From NCBI GenBank assembly GCA_951406725.2, contig OX597830.1, forward strand, positions 32,860,001 through 32,924,000: DNA of 64,000 nucleotides. The letters are read 5' to 3'. A model generated the notes under the pieces. It ran no database searches, was not told the DNA's origin, and saw only the letters and a program-made list of their open reading frames with translations. The position numbers and the translations under genes are program-made. Origin of the DNA: Octopus vulgaris. Taxonomy: Eukaryota. Below, piece after piece: positions 27,416-41,595 of this stretch. Each line of letters begins with the position of its first letter. Within the stretch, counting starts at the first letter, position 1.

Positions 27416-27956
27416 AAAAAACAAAAATCAACAACAAAAAACAACAAAACAAATATACACCTTCTACCAATGATTAAGAGAATTTCTAATTTGGATGTTC
27501 AGCAACTGGAAAATAAACTATTCTTGGATAGCTCTATTGGAGCAGAGGTGATTGAAACTAAATGGTGATGACATCTGTTCTTAAATTTAGTCTTGTAGCT
27601 AATCTGGTGGGTAAACTGATATGGAGTTCACTCTTGGTTTAATGTATCAGGAGGATAAACTGGATCTAGATTTTGACTTCAATTCCTAAATTTATGCTTC
27701 AATGGTTTTGTGATTTTGCTAATATTTTCCCTTAAAATAAATAGTTTTATTGTGGATTGATGAATAAGTGAAAAGGGAAGCAATAACGAATGTAAAGACA
27801 AATATAATAATCATTTCTTTTATACGGAAAGCATGTAAAAAGACTATATAATAATGAACATTTACAGTACTAGGTATAAGTACTTCTAGAAAAGTCGATT
27901 TCCAATAGCAATGGAACTGGTCAATCACTCTGAGGAATTCTAGTTTCGATTCTCTC

Positions 27957-28018
<62 letters not shown>

Positions 28019-28272
28019 GTCGAAATTTACAGTAAAACAAAATAAAGACAGGTGTATGAATAACAAGCAGGTATATTAGTTTGATGCTTGGGAAAATGAG
28101 AAAGCCTATTACATTTCGAGCCTATGCTCTTCAGCAGAAAGAAAAAAGAGAAAATAAACAGAGAGAAGTTTCTCATCTACAAAAAAGCAAAGCCTTGTGG
28201 ACAGCTTGTCAGACTCTATTTGAATATGTATATATACCTATGTATATATGTATATATACCTATGTATATATA

Positions 28273-28493
28273 TATAACCAAGAAAAAAGCAACAGGAATG
28301 GAATAGTAGTCTAGTACAATTGTTTCATACCAAGAACAATTTTATTTAAAGCTGCAAGTATTGCAGCAAATACAAATGTCCAGTATTCATTTGTATTTGC
28401 TGCAATACTTGCAGCTTTAAATAAAATTGTTCTTGGTATGAAACAATTGTACTAGACTACTAAACCATTCTTGCTGCTTTTTTCTTGGTTATA
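28273..28493. repeat. Foldback palindrome with ~105-bp arms and a 9-nt loop
   Basis: 28304-28378 is the perfect reverse complement of 28388-28462; outer arms have a few mismatches. Confidence 0.95.
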
Positions 28494-28610
28494 ATCACTC
28501 CAAATTATTTTATGGTTAATACCATAAACAATTCTGATGCATCTAAGTTAAGTATCATATACATCTGAATTCATTGAAATTCACTTGAATCTTAATTGTT
28601 TTTGCTGAAA

Positions 28611-28669
<59 letters not shown>

Positions 28670-28672
28670 CAT

Positions 28673-28733
<61 letters not shown>

Positions 28734-28739
28734 AGCTGT

Positions 28740-29151
28740 ATTATTACATGAGAAAAACCATTGCCAAAGAAGACTTGCTGAAATGATTCATGATTGTTGC
28801 CATGTGATGCCCTTATATGACTTATAAGCCTGGCCAAGCTTTTACACATTTTATTACATACTAGACAACGGTGCTGGCTGGCATGAGAAACAAGTACCAC
28901 CATGTGCACTCTCTTAACATGTATTTTTAGACCTCCAGCTGAGAGGCATACCCTTCCATATTTTACACACGCTCTGTTATGAATTTTAATAGCCACATCA
29001 TTGTTTATCATGGATCGATTTCTGTGAGAATTTTGATGGTTCACCAGGCCTGCTCAAATCAAACACCTCTGCTCACAAACCGCACACATAAAAAGCAACA
29101 CCCTCTAACTTTCCACAGGTTCCCCACTTCTAAGCTCCCTTCTAATTCTCT

Positions 29152-29153
<2 letters not shown>
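28740..29153 (-). mobile_element. Probable RTE/BovB-like LINE C-terminus with repeated C2H2-like motifs
   Basis: CAVCEQRCLI*AGLVNHQNSH, RVCLSAGGLKIHVKRVH, CLVCNKMCKSLARLISHIRASH; internal stop codon. Confidence 0.6.
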
Positions 29154-29207
<54 letters not shown>

Positions 29208-29254
29208 CACACACACACATATATATATATGTATGTGTGTGTGTATCTTTCCTT

Positions 29255-29762
29255 CATTGGACACTAAACGCTGCTTGTGAAGACCTGTTGAGGCAAGTGA
29301 AATCGAAATTGAAACCAAATTTGATGATTGGCATCCATGCTAGTGGAGCGCTAAGAGTACCATACGAGGATGATTGTTGCCAGATCAACAAGCTGGCCTC
29401 TGTGCTGGTGGCACATAAAAAGAGCCATTTAAGTATGATCATTACCTGCATTGCCTTACTGGCACTTGTGCTGCCGGCATGAGCAAGGTTGCCAGTGCTG
29501 CTGGAGTGGCTCCTGTGCAGGTGGCACATAAAAAGCACCCTTTGAGCGTGGCTGTTGCCAGTACTACCTGGCTGGCCCTCATGCCGGTGGCACGTAAAAG
29601 CACCCATTACACTCTCTGAGTGGTTGGCATCAGGAAGCTGTAGAAACATTGCCAAATCTGACTGGAGTCTGGTGCAGCCATCTGGTTCACAAGACCTCAG
29701 TCAAATCGTCCAACCCATGCTAGCATGGAAAGCGGACGTTAAACGATGATGATGATGATGAA
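29255..29762 (+). mobile_element. Family A RTE 3' UTR
   Basis: ggcacataaaaagcacc units; ends ggaaagcggacgttaaacgatgatg. Confidence 0.8.
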
Positions 29763-30208
29763 GTTAGTGGTAGCATATTAATACAAAGAGCATCAAAAAG
29801 CTAAATAAGAATAATTATGTGATAGTGAAGTAATACAACCGTAGACATTAACTAATATTGTCCATAATATTCTACTATGTTGTACTTATGTAATGCCTGA
29901 CTTCGAAATGAAATCAAAGATATGATCTATTACTCAAATATACACATTCACACCCACAACATTTATATTATTCATAAGACAGCTGACTAACAAAGTATGG
30001 AATGTAATCAAGGACATAACTTATTATAGGCACATTTACTCGTAAGACAGATGACTGATAAACTATGGAACAAATTTGAAGACACAATCAATTACAAACA
30101 GAGTTCTATTAGTTATAGCATTTGTAATACAATTTGATGAGAAATTTTAAAATTAATTGTGCTACACATGCATATATCATATATTTATATCATATATACA
30201 TACACACT

Positions 30209-30311
<103 letters not shown>

Positions 30312-30313
30312 CT

Positions 30314-30345
<32 letters not shown>

Positions 30346-30361
30346 ATGTGTATATAGCATA

Positions 30362-30406
<45 letters not shown>

Positions 30407-30422
30407 GTGTATGTATATATAT

Positions 30423-30472
<50 letters not shown>

Positions 30473-30512
30473 CATAAGGGGCCTACTATCTCCAAATGAA
30501 AAAAAATATATA

Positions 30513-30560
<48 letters not shown>

Positions 30561-30562
<2 letters not shown>

Positions 30563-30958
30563 CACCATCCGAGTATGATCATTGCCAGGGCTGCTGACTG
30601 GCTGCTGTGCCAGTGGTACATAAAAAGCACCATTCAAGCAGCAGCATCTTACTAGCACTTGTGCTGGTGGCACGTGAAGAACAACATTCAAGTGAAGTCT
30701 TTGCCAGTGCCGCTGGACTGGCTCCTGTGTAGGTGGCACATAAAAAATACCATTTGAGTGTGGCTGTCACCAAGTCTGCCTTACTCACACATAAAAGCAC
30801 CCACTACACTCTTGGTGTGGTTGGCATTAGGAAGGGAATCAAGCTGTAGAAACTCTACCAGATCAGATTGGAGCCTGGTGCAGCCATCTGGCTCGCCAGT
30901 CCACAGTCAAACTGTCCAACCCATGTCAGCATGGGAAGTGGATGTTAGAAGATGATCA
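30561..30958 (+). mobile_element. Family A RTE 3' UTR
   Basis: Same units; gttggcattaggaaggg motif; GAT tail. Confidence 0.8.
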
Positions 30959-32112
30959 TGAGACACACACACGCACACATGATTGAAAAATATTGAGAAA
31001 TATACATCTTCAAAATATATTTATTGTAGTATTTTTCTCATTAGATTCCAATCCGTCATGTGCTTCTTCTCAATAAGTGTCCCAGTCTCCTTTGATGTAG
31101 CAGATATGGGCATTTAGCTGATTCATTTACAGCACCTGGTCATTCAGGGTAGACATTCCTCTGCAGTTTTGTTTGCTTTACCCACCTGCCTGGCTAAAAC
31201 CTTTGATCAAAGCTATATAGGAACGTCTGCTTTAGCTGAATATGTATTGCAAGCAAGGGGGACAACTCTGGAGAAGTTTCGGTGTAATTATGACTTCATC
31301 AGTGCAGCATTTGATTTCACAATACATGTTGATATAAGAATGAGAGAGCCAAGTAAATATTGTAGGGACATGGTATTTTGTTATGCAACCATAATATACA
31401 TGAAGAACTATTGGTTCATTCCATAAATAATGTGGTTGATTTTATACTTCTTTTATTTTTCAAAATTAAGGTAAACAAAGTTCTTTTTTTAATCTGAAAT
31501 ATACTCTCCTTCATTTTCTACAATGCCCTTCCATCTCTCTGGCAAACTTGCAAACTCTGAATTTCCTAAAATTCTTCAAAATGATATTTGGATCTATTTA
31601 TCATACATGAGGAATTACCTTGGATGTGTATTCTACTGATATTTACAGATATCTAATTGTTGGATAGAGTTAACCAAATCCATTTAAACTGAATGCTTTG
31701 CTAATATCTGCCTCAATTTTTTAATTCCTTTTCTTCTTCTAAGTAATATATATTTATATGAGAGAGAGACAGACTGCTTGCTAGATTGATATAAACAGAC
31801 TGGCAAATTGTGCCACATGTGAGAGACAATCATACAGATATAAGCAGAAAGAACAGCGATTTATGATATTACTACTATTTGGTTTTTCAAGCAAGGAAAC
31901 GTTTCTGTCTTTCTGGAATATGCAGAATGAATTTAGGGAAATTTTTATTCCAGTGGAATAATAAAGTGATTGAAGGCATGGAATGGATCTCCATATGTTT
32001 TCCCCACCCTCTCATTCTTATTTCTTTGTTTATTAATGTCACTTTTCGAAATTATTTCATTTGAGGACTACTTAATGCATTACCTGACTTAATTTTTCAT
32101 CATCATAACACA

Positions 32113-32177
<65 letters not shown>

Positions 32178-32391
32178 GATGTTGATGATGATGATGTTGA
32201 TGGTGATGATCAGCATCATGACCACCTCCACCACCATCACCACCATCATCATTATCTACCTGTAATTCTCTCTTCCATGGAAGCTAAAATTACAAGTTCA
32301 GAAAAGATCATTTAATTTTCTTTTTCTCATATTTTTTCCTTTGTTGTTGTGCACAATGGATTAAAAATAATGCTGATAATAATATATTATT

Positions 32392-32555
<164 letters not shown>

Positions 32556-32840
32556 AACGATAATATTAATAAAAATAATAATGATGCTAAAGAAAGAAAA
32601 AACTCTTGTCATCTTCACTTTTGAATTTGAGATCATTTGTATTTATTGTTGTTGCCTTAAAATTAGCAAGGTCAAGGGAAGGATGAGGCACTAAACCGTT
32701 AATTTTGATATCAAAGTTTATAATTAGATTGGAAGTAGAAATACCAGCTGAAACTTTCCTGCGTGGATTATTTTCTTAGTAGCTAAGTTCACTTGACATT
32801 CAGTTTTTGTCTCTCTTACTGTTTTTTCTTTCCTTTTCTT

Positions 32841-32872
<32 letters not shown>

Positions 32873-33470
32873 CCTCTTTTTTTCCAGCCTTTCTTTTTCT
32901 CTCTACGCAGGCATCCTTGTTTCATATCCACTCTCTGTATCTAGCTACCTCTCTCTATCACTCAATATCCCTTTTCAGAAATTAATCTCTCTGACAGTTT
33001 CCTTTAGTTTGTCTACTAATTCTCATTTAATATCTGTCAATCTTTCTCCACATCACCCTATCCATTTCTCTCTCTTTCTCTCTCTTTCTTTCTCTCTCTC
33101 ACTCTCTCTCTCTCTTTCTTTCACACTCTTCTTCCTCATTATTCCTTCCACTAATTTTCTAAAAATGTGAAATATTTTCTCATGGTTTGATTCCTTTTAC
33201 AATCATAATCCTTTATTTTTGACACATGTTCATGTCTTGTGCACATGAGATAGAGTTGGGTGAAGTTCCTACTTTGGGGAATATTCAATATAAATGCATA
33301 GTTCTGGACTATGATAGTTAATGGAATCATTTGTATGTGACTATGTTTCAGTGTGTGTATGTGTATCTAATGAGTAAGTAAAACTTAAGATGAAATTTGA
33401 CCTCAGAGCTTATATCCATTCAAGGTAAATTACTGCATCCAAAAAACCCCATTTCATTTTATGGCTTAGA

Positions 33471-34205
33471 TCATCATCATCATCATCATCATCGTCGTCG
33501 TCGGCGTCGTCGTCACCATCATCACCATCATCGTTGTTTAACATCTGCTTTCCATGCTGGCATGGGTTGGACGGTTTGACTGAGGACTGGCAAGCCCGGA
33601 GGCTGCACCAGGATCCAATGTGTTCTGGCAAGGTTTCTACAGCTGGAGTCCCTTCCTAATGCCAACCACTTCGGGAGTGTAGTGGGTGCTTTTTACATGC
33701 TATGGGCACAAGGCCTAGTCAGGCAACACAGGTATTGGTATCGCCCATACTCAAATGGTGCTTGTTACATGCCACCAGCATGGGAGCCAGTCAGGTAACA
33801 CTGCTATCAACCAGGCTCGGATGGTGCTTTTTACATTTCACTGGCTCTGGAATCAGCCATGCTTGAATGGTGCTTTCTTTGTGCCACTCAGGCGGCACTT
33901 GTATCAGCCATGGCAATGATTTCACTTGACTCAACAGATCTTCTCATACACAGCATATTGCCCAATGATTGAAGGGTACTTTTAAACAGGTTGGTTATGC
34001 AACACTGGCATCAACCCTGGCTACAATCTCACTTGGCTTGCCAGGTCTTCTCAATCATGGCTTATCTTCAAAAGCCTCAGTCCTTTGTCATTACCTCTGT
34101 GAGGCCTAATGTTTGAAGGTCCTGCTTCATCACTTCATCCCAGGTCTTCTTGGTTCTACCTCTTCCACAGGTTCCCTCCACTGTTAAGGTGTGACACTTC
34201 TTCCC
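33471..34205 (-). mobile_element. RTE-clade LINE 3' end (ORF C-terminus plus family A 3' UTR)
   Basis: Minus strand KCHTLTVEGTCGRGRTKKTWDEVMKQDLQTLGLTEVMTKD runs into the family A UTR and (GAT)n tail. Confidence 0.85.
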
Positions 34206-34544
34206 ACAGCTGTCAGAAATAAGTACACATCTTCCAGGAACATGTTCTATCATGGACTGGTGCCCTTTGCAAGTGGATGTTTATATGCTTATATTTCAAT
34301 AGATTCAACTTTATTAAATCTAGACTTAAGCACCAGTTTTATGAAACCCCATTCCTCTCACAACAACTTGTGAACCAAGCATGGCTGTGTGGTTAAGAAA
34401 CTTGCTTTGCAACAACATGGCTTTGAGTTCAGTCCCACTGTCTTGCTCTTTGTGCAAATGATTTTTTCTACAGGCCCTGGTCCCATGCTGACTAACTCTT
34501 TGTGAATGAGTGCCTCTTCTCTGGGTTTATGCTTTCTACAAACG

Positions 34545-34577
<33 letters not shown>

Positions 34578-34693
34578 TACATATATACACATACACTTAG
34601 ATATGTTTTCGGCCAGAATTGGCCCAGGCCATATCTAACTTATATGTATGTAGATATTTATGTTTGCGCATGCGTGTGTGTGTGTGTGCATGT

Positions 34694-34945
34694 GAAGGTG
34701 TGTGGCCTAGTGGTTAGACTCACAATCGCTAGATTACAGGTTCGATTCCCCAACAGGATGCCACATTGTATCCTTGAGCAAAATGCTTCATTTCAAATTG
34801 CTCCAGTCCCCGTTCGACCAGTGGGTACTTTTAGTCTGCTCATCTAGCTGGCAGGCTGGCATCATTTGAAGGCTAAATAAATGCAAAAAGCGCATTGTGA
34901 CCAGCGTTGTGTAACAAAATCTGATAGCCTTGTTGGTCACTTGTG
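34694..34945 (+). mobile_element. SINE group D
   Basis: tggcctagtggttag...ggttcgattccc...tgtatccttgagcaaaatgcttc. Confidence 0.7.
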
Positions 34946-35242
34946 CTCATATGATATATATATATATGTATGTATGTATGTATATGTATATATGAAGCAA
35001 AATTCACTTCAACTAACCTGAATTTGGTTGGTTGGGAACAGTGGAATATGTCTCCTTTCTCACTCTCTCACACATCTCAATTTTTGGGGTTTTTTTTCCT
35101 TTTTTTTTTTCTCCTTTGTCGCTCCTTTTTCTTTTTAATTCTTCTTCATCTTTCTGGTACTCTTTTGTTCTAAACCCACATTCACATTTTTGCAATTCAT
35201 AGGATTAAACCTCATTCCATTCAGTCCTGATGATGATTATGC

Positions 35243-35290
<48 letters not shown>

Positions 35291-36580
35291 TAATAGCAAC
35301 AGTAATAATTACAATAACAAGAACAATAATAATGACAGCAAAATCTAAGATATCAAAAATTACCAACAAAATTAAACAAAGAAATGGATAAAATGAAGAA
35401 AAAATTAAATGAAAACTAATGAGGAAAACAAACGAAGAAAGAAATAATAAAGAAATAGAATGATTGAGAAAAGAATGATTCTTTTTGAAAAACTGCAAAA
35501 TAAATTTTCTTTATTTTTCTTTTAAGAAATTTTCTTTTAATTTTCTTAGTTTAGTTGTTGTAGCTGTGAGTATGGATTTGTGTTTTGTTGAATTATTTTT
35601 GAGAAATAAATTTTGCATATTAATACAACATGCATTGACTTAGAGTAATTGATTTTGGAATTAAATGCAACACAAATTGACAAGTAGTCAATTCTCCAAA
35701 TTGGGTGCCCATCGGTTAGCAGAGCTAAATACATGGGTATGGAGAGGAACCAGAGAAAGATAGAGAGGCAGTAAGAGAGAGAGAGTGAGAGAGAGATAGT
35801 GGGACATAGACAGAGAGACAGAGAGATGGAGATAGAGAGAATGAGTTAAAGAGAGACTGAATGAGAATGTGAGAGAAATATCTTGGCCGTGCTTATTCTT
35901 TCTCCTTCCCACACATTTTATAATTCATTCCCCTCCGCCCCCTTTCTCTCTCTCTTTGTATCACTCATTCTCTTCTGACTAATCTCCATGAAAGACAAAC
36001 ATAATATAAAATAATATAAAATGTAATAAAAATAAAATGTAAAAGAAACTGAGTGAAATTAAATCAGTGAAAATAAAAATAAATTAGAATAAGAATTGGC
36101 AAAAATTTGGGAAAAGAAAAGTATTATAATGAATAATTTTTATTTGTTTTTATTTTATTTTATTTTATTTTATTTTATTTATCTTTTTGATTCTTGTTTT
36201 GACTTATATATTGCCATTTTGTCAAGAAAGGAATCAGAAAATGTTGAGATGTAAAGTGATGTCTGCAATTATCAGTGATGTTCAGAAGAGGAAATTAGAA
36301 ATTAATTCATCGTCATGGTGAGTTTTAGAAATATCTATGAAACAGCAACAAATCTTCATTTACAATAAGAAAGGCACATAAAGTAACTTTTCCAGGAAAC
36401 AATGGGTTGATTAAGCTCAGCAATGTGTGTATACATATGTATATATATATATATGTATATATATGTACAAGTAAGCATGAGTATATGTCCATGTATGTGT
36501 GTGTGTGTGTGTGTATGTATATGTATATATATATATATATTTGCTTGTTCATACATATGTATATATGTGTATGGATATGT

Positions 36581-36633
<53 letters not shown>

Positions 36634-37179
36634 TGTATGTATATGTTTGCTTGTTCATACATATGAATTTATATGTATGTGGATTCTTTTGACACAAATA
36701 CAAAGAATGGATAGCCGAATAAAAGTAGGAAATGGATGTGGTCATATGATTCTTCGCTCATTGATAAATTCAGATATGCATAGCTAGCAAAGTAAGTGAA
36801 AATAAAAGTGAAGGCGAAAGCTAATTAAAAACAGAAAAGAGTTAATTTGAATGGTTTGTTGAGAAAGTGTGCACTCCATCTTTCCATACACAACCCTGTC
36901 CCTTATATTCACTTCTCTTTCTGTTTTTGTCTCTCTTTATATATATATAGCTTTCCCTTCTATTTCTCCACACACACACACTCTTTCTCTCCTTTTCTCT
37001 CTCTCTCTCTTTCTCCCTTTCTCTCTCTCTCTCTCTCTCTGTTTTATCTATTTGAACCCTTTTCTATAAATCTCCCTTTGCTTGCCATGCCATCTGTCTT
37101 TAATTGTCTATTCTCCTATCTCTAATATGCTTGCTTATCTTACTTCTCTCATTCTCTTTCTATGTATGTATATATGCAT

Positions 37180-37221
<42 letters not shown>

Positions 37222-37222
37222 A

Positions 37223-37255
<33 letters not shown>

Positions 37256-37357
37256 CGTGTGTGTTTATGTCTCCATGATATGTGTGTATGTGTTATATGT
37301 CTCCATATATATGTGTATATATATATATGTATGTGTGTATATATATATATATGTATG

Positions 37358-37459
<102 letters not shown>

Positions 37460-37877
37460 TATAAAATCATATTCATTATCTTGGACCCATTCCTTCCTCT
37501 TCCTCTGTTTCTTGGAACAGAGAAAGAAATGCAATTTTAATCCAAGACATTAAGGTTGAATGTCAAAATGTCGATGATGATAGGGAAAGCTGTAGATGTC
37601 GCTGTGGTCGTTGTTGTGGTGTTGATTTTACTAAACATTAATAAAGCCAGCAAGTTTGGGAGAAGGGGGAGTAAAATCAATCACATCGACCCCAGTGTGT
37701 AACTGGTACTTATTCTATTGACCACCAAAAGGATAAAAGGTAGAGTAAATATTGGGTGAATTTGAACATAGAATGTGAAGATGAACAAAATGCTACTAAG
37801 CATTTTGTCCAGCATGCTAACAATTCTGCTAGGTTGCCCCCTAAATTATAATAACAATGACAATAGTAATAATAATG

Positions 37878-37918
<41 letters not shown>

Positions 37919-37946
37919 TATAATAATAATGATAATAATAATAATG

Positions 37947-37984
<38 letters not shown>

Positions 37985-38163
37985 TGAAAAAAAAATTAAC
38001 GAACTACTGAGTTTGGTTTAATGGCCTACCAATGTATACTATGAATTTCTTTGCCCTAGGAGTCGGGAAGACACTCGGCAAGAAATGGAAGCAAATTTGA
38101 AAGAAGAAAAAAGTAATAATAATAATAATAATAATAATGATAATAATGATAATAATAATAATA

Positions 38164-38200
<37 letters not shown>

Positions 38201-38204
38201 TAAT

Positions 38205-38306
<102 letters not shown>

Positions 38307-38474
38307 AAGAAGAAGAAGAAGAATCTTATCTACAATAGGTACAAGGCTTGAAATTTTGGGGGAGGAGGCTAGTCAATTACATCAACCCCATTGCACAACT
38401 GGTACTTATTCTATCGACCCCAATAGGATGAAAGGCAAAGTCGACCTTGGTGGAATTTGAACTCAGAATGTAAG

Positions 38475-39435
38475 AAGAATGCAATGCTCTTAGCTTATTT
38501 TTCCTTGGGGCTGGCCAGATTGGAGCAATCTAGAGTATAACCAGCTGAAATTGCAAAGATAATCTGGAACTCGACTGAGGATAGAAAACTCCGAATGATC
38601 CGTCCTTGTTTTCCTTGTATCGTCTCCGGATATTTTGTTTTCCTTTTTTTGTTTCACCTAACTGTCTAGATGTTTTGTGTTCTTGTCCCATTTTTGTATT
38701 TTTTATATATAAAATATAGCGGCATACATACACTTTGGTCTCTTATCTGTAAGTATATATATCTAGATTTTGTACGACTCTATTGTTCTTTGTATTCTTT
38801 CATTCTTTCCTTCTTTTTTTCAGCCCTTTTACACCTCGTTCATTCCACTCTTCATTCTTTCATTCCCCCTCTCTCACATTTCCTGGCCTTCTCTTCATGC
38901 TCACTTTCCCTCTTTCACTTCACTGTGTCTCTTTCATTTTTCTCCCACCCCCCTTAATTCTTCTATCCCTCTGCTTCTACCACTCTCTCTTCTCTTCTCA
39001 TGTGACCGGTGTTCGGTCAGGCCTTACCTTTCTTTCATGGTTGTACTACCGTCCGTGCAACATCTATATTCTTTCCTGTGCTAGTTAAATCTTACGTCCC
39101 TGCCGTAAAACTTTACTTCCACACACGCCAGCTTAATCTAATTTGTTCTTAGTCGAAAGATACCTATTGTTATGTCCTGTTATTTGTATTTGTGTAACAT
39201 TTCTGTTTTTTTTCCGTCCTTGTTTCCATATACATTCGCTGATTTCTTCTAAGGAATGTAATGCTCTTAGCTTACTTTTCCTTGGGTCTGGCCAGATTGG
39301 AGCAATCTTGAGTATAACCAGCTGAAATTGCAATGACAATCTGGAACTTGACTGAGGATAGGAAACTCCAAATGATCCGTCCTTGTTTTCCTTGTATTGT
39401 CTGTCTGGATGTTTTGTGTCCTTGTCCAATTTTTG

Positions 39436-39440
<5 letters not shown>
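38475..39440 (+). mobile_element. Direct-repeat element (38475-38715 and 39251-39440), probable Penelope-like pseudo-LTR pair
   Basis: Two similar copies, each with a CTGAGGA..GGAaacTCC-GAA hammerhead-like motif. Confidence 0.55.
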
Positions 39441-39514
<74 letters not shown>

Positions 39515-40199
39515 CATATATACACATACATACATACATAAATGTTGAATGATGAGAACAAGTGCTCAAAACTGCATTGGTGGATAGAATTTCTTTGTGT
39601 ATTGAGGCTGCCATGAGTGCGCGTGTGCGTGTGTGTGATATGGTGAGAGAATTGAAACTAGAATTACTCAAAGTGACCGACCAGTTTTACCATTATTGGA
39701 ATCCAACTTTTCTTGAGGTACTGTGAATAAGCTTGTCTATTATTATATAATCTTTCTAATATTCTTTATGCATAAAAGAAATTATGATTATATTCAGTAG
39801 AAGGAAACTGGAAGAAGGACCTTGGGCATCTTTCAGTTTCCATCTACCAAATCCACTCACAAATCTTTGGTTGGCCTGAGGCTATAGTTGAAGACACTTG
39901 CCCAAGGTGCCATGTAGTGGGACTGAACCCAGTACCATGTGATTGGGAAGTAAACTTCCTATCGCATATCCTTCTATGAAATCTACTTGCAAGCTTTTCA
40001 TTGGCTTGGAGCTGTAATGGATGACACTTGCCCAAGGTGCTGTGCAGTGAAACTGAACCTGAGACCACATATTTCAAAAGCAAGCATCTTAACCACATAG
40101 CCATGCTTACATCTAGTCATTGTGTATCAATATTTGTCATATTGATGGTGCTTTTCCACACTTCTGGAATATTTGTCTACGTCTAAACAACACTTTCTA

Positions 40200-40598
40200 T
40201 ACTCATTTACTTGTTTCAGTCATGTGACTGTGGCCATACTGGAGCACCGCCTTAAGTCGAGCAAATCGACCCCAGGAGTTATTCTTTGTAAGCCTAGTAC
40301 TTATTCTATCAGTCTCTTTTGCCAAACTGTTAAGTTACGGGGAAGTAAACACACCAGCATCGGTTGTCAAGCGATGTTGGGGTGGACAAACACAGACACA
40401 GAAACATATACACACACATACATATATATACACATACATGGGCTTCTTTCAGTTTCTGTCTACCAAATCCACTCACAAGGCTTTGGTCAGCCCGAGGCTA
40501 TAGTAGAAGACACTTGCCCAAGGTGCCACGCAGTGGGACTAGACCCGGAACTATGTGGTTTGTAAGCAAGCTACTTACCACACAGCCACTCCTACACC
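40200..40598 (-). mobile_element. SINE B, full length
   Basis: Reverse-complement match to 58630-59048; two further B heads at 39824-40108. Confidence 0.85.
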
Positions 40599-41595
40599 TA
40601 TGTCTATGTTCTGCTTTCCTTAATAATTTTAATACCATTCATATCACTCTTATTTGGCTTCACTCTTCCCCAACTCTAAATAATTATATATCCTTTAAAT
40701 TCAGAATTTTCATAAATTTTAGCCCAACAAAGTTTCATATCTCACAACATGTCTTCTATATAGATTTCAACCTTTCCTTCTAGCTATTCACACATCGACT
40801 CATTTTTGTTAACACTTGTTAACATTTCTGCAGTTTATTATGACTACTGTTGTTATTGTCATATTTTATTTCCCAATTCTGACATCTTACTGTGAAGACT
40901 GTTGCTTTTAGGAGCAAGTTATGACTACCAGTCATGAGTTCTAAGGCATTTTATGCTGTTTTTATTTCATACTGAAATTAGCTGTCTAATACTCTTTTAA
41001 ATAATTTAACTATCCTTAACAGAGCTGTTGTGTAAGATATTCTGTCCAAATTTCTATTCATATTCTATTTTACAACTTGTTTAACTTATTAAGTATTATT
41101 TCTAGCCATCCTAGTTTTAGATTTATTTCTCACTGACAGCAGTTGTAATCTCAAATGCTTGCTCTCTTATTTCTTGTTCATAATTCTATTATCTCCAAGT
41201 ATTTTGGCAATAATGATTTACACAAGCTTTATTCTTGTTGCTATAGCAACCATACAATATGGTTGTACTTCAGGGTGAAATTCACAAAAATTTAGATGCA
41301 TTGGAATGAAAGATCAGATTAAGTACCTTACGATATTTAAGTAAATCCTTTATATTTTGAGTCTAAATCCCTCAAAATTCAGCTTTAGCTTTCACCCTTA
41401 CTGTGGTTGATAAAATAAAAGGGTTTAAATTGACAATATTCTCTACCTGAAATCTCTGGTGAATGAGCAGGTAGAATCATTTGAGAGTTGGACAAAATAC
41501 CTACTGGTATTTCTTCTGATTCATTATATCTTAAGTTCAAACTGAGCTCAGGTCTACTATGCCTTTTATGCCCTTTCCCATGGGTTTCATCAATT

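Noticed and set aside
28592-29044. C2H2 zinc-finger host gene
   Set aside because: It has an internal stop upstream, a broken Cys pair and no TGEKP linkers; it fits an RTE-type C-terminus better
29400-29610. Regularly spaced repeats resembling a CRISPR array
   Set aside because: Units are degenerate, the 'spacers' are mutually similar, the context is eukaryotic, there are no cas genes, and the array is part of an RTE 3' UTR
31169-31426. 85-aa ORF in unique sequence
   Set aside because: Non-ATG start, no recognisable motif and weak splice signals; it cannot be supported as an exon
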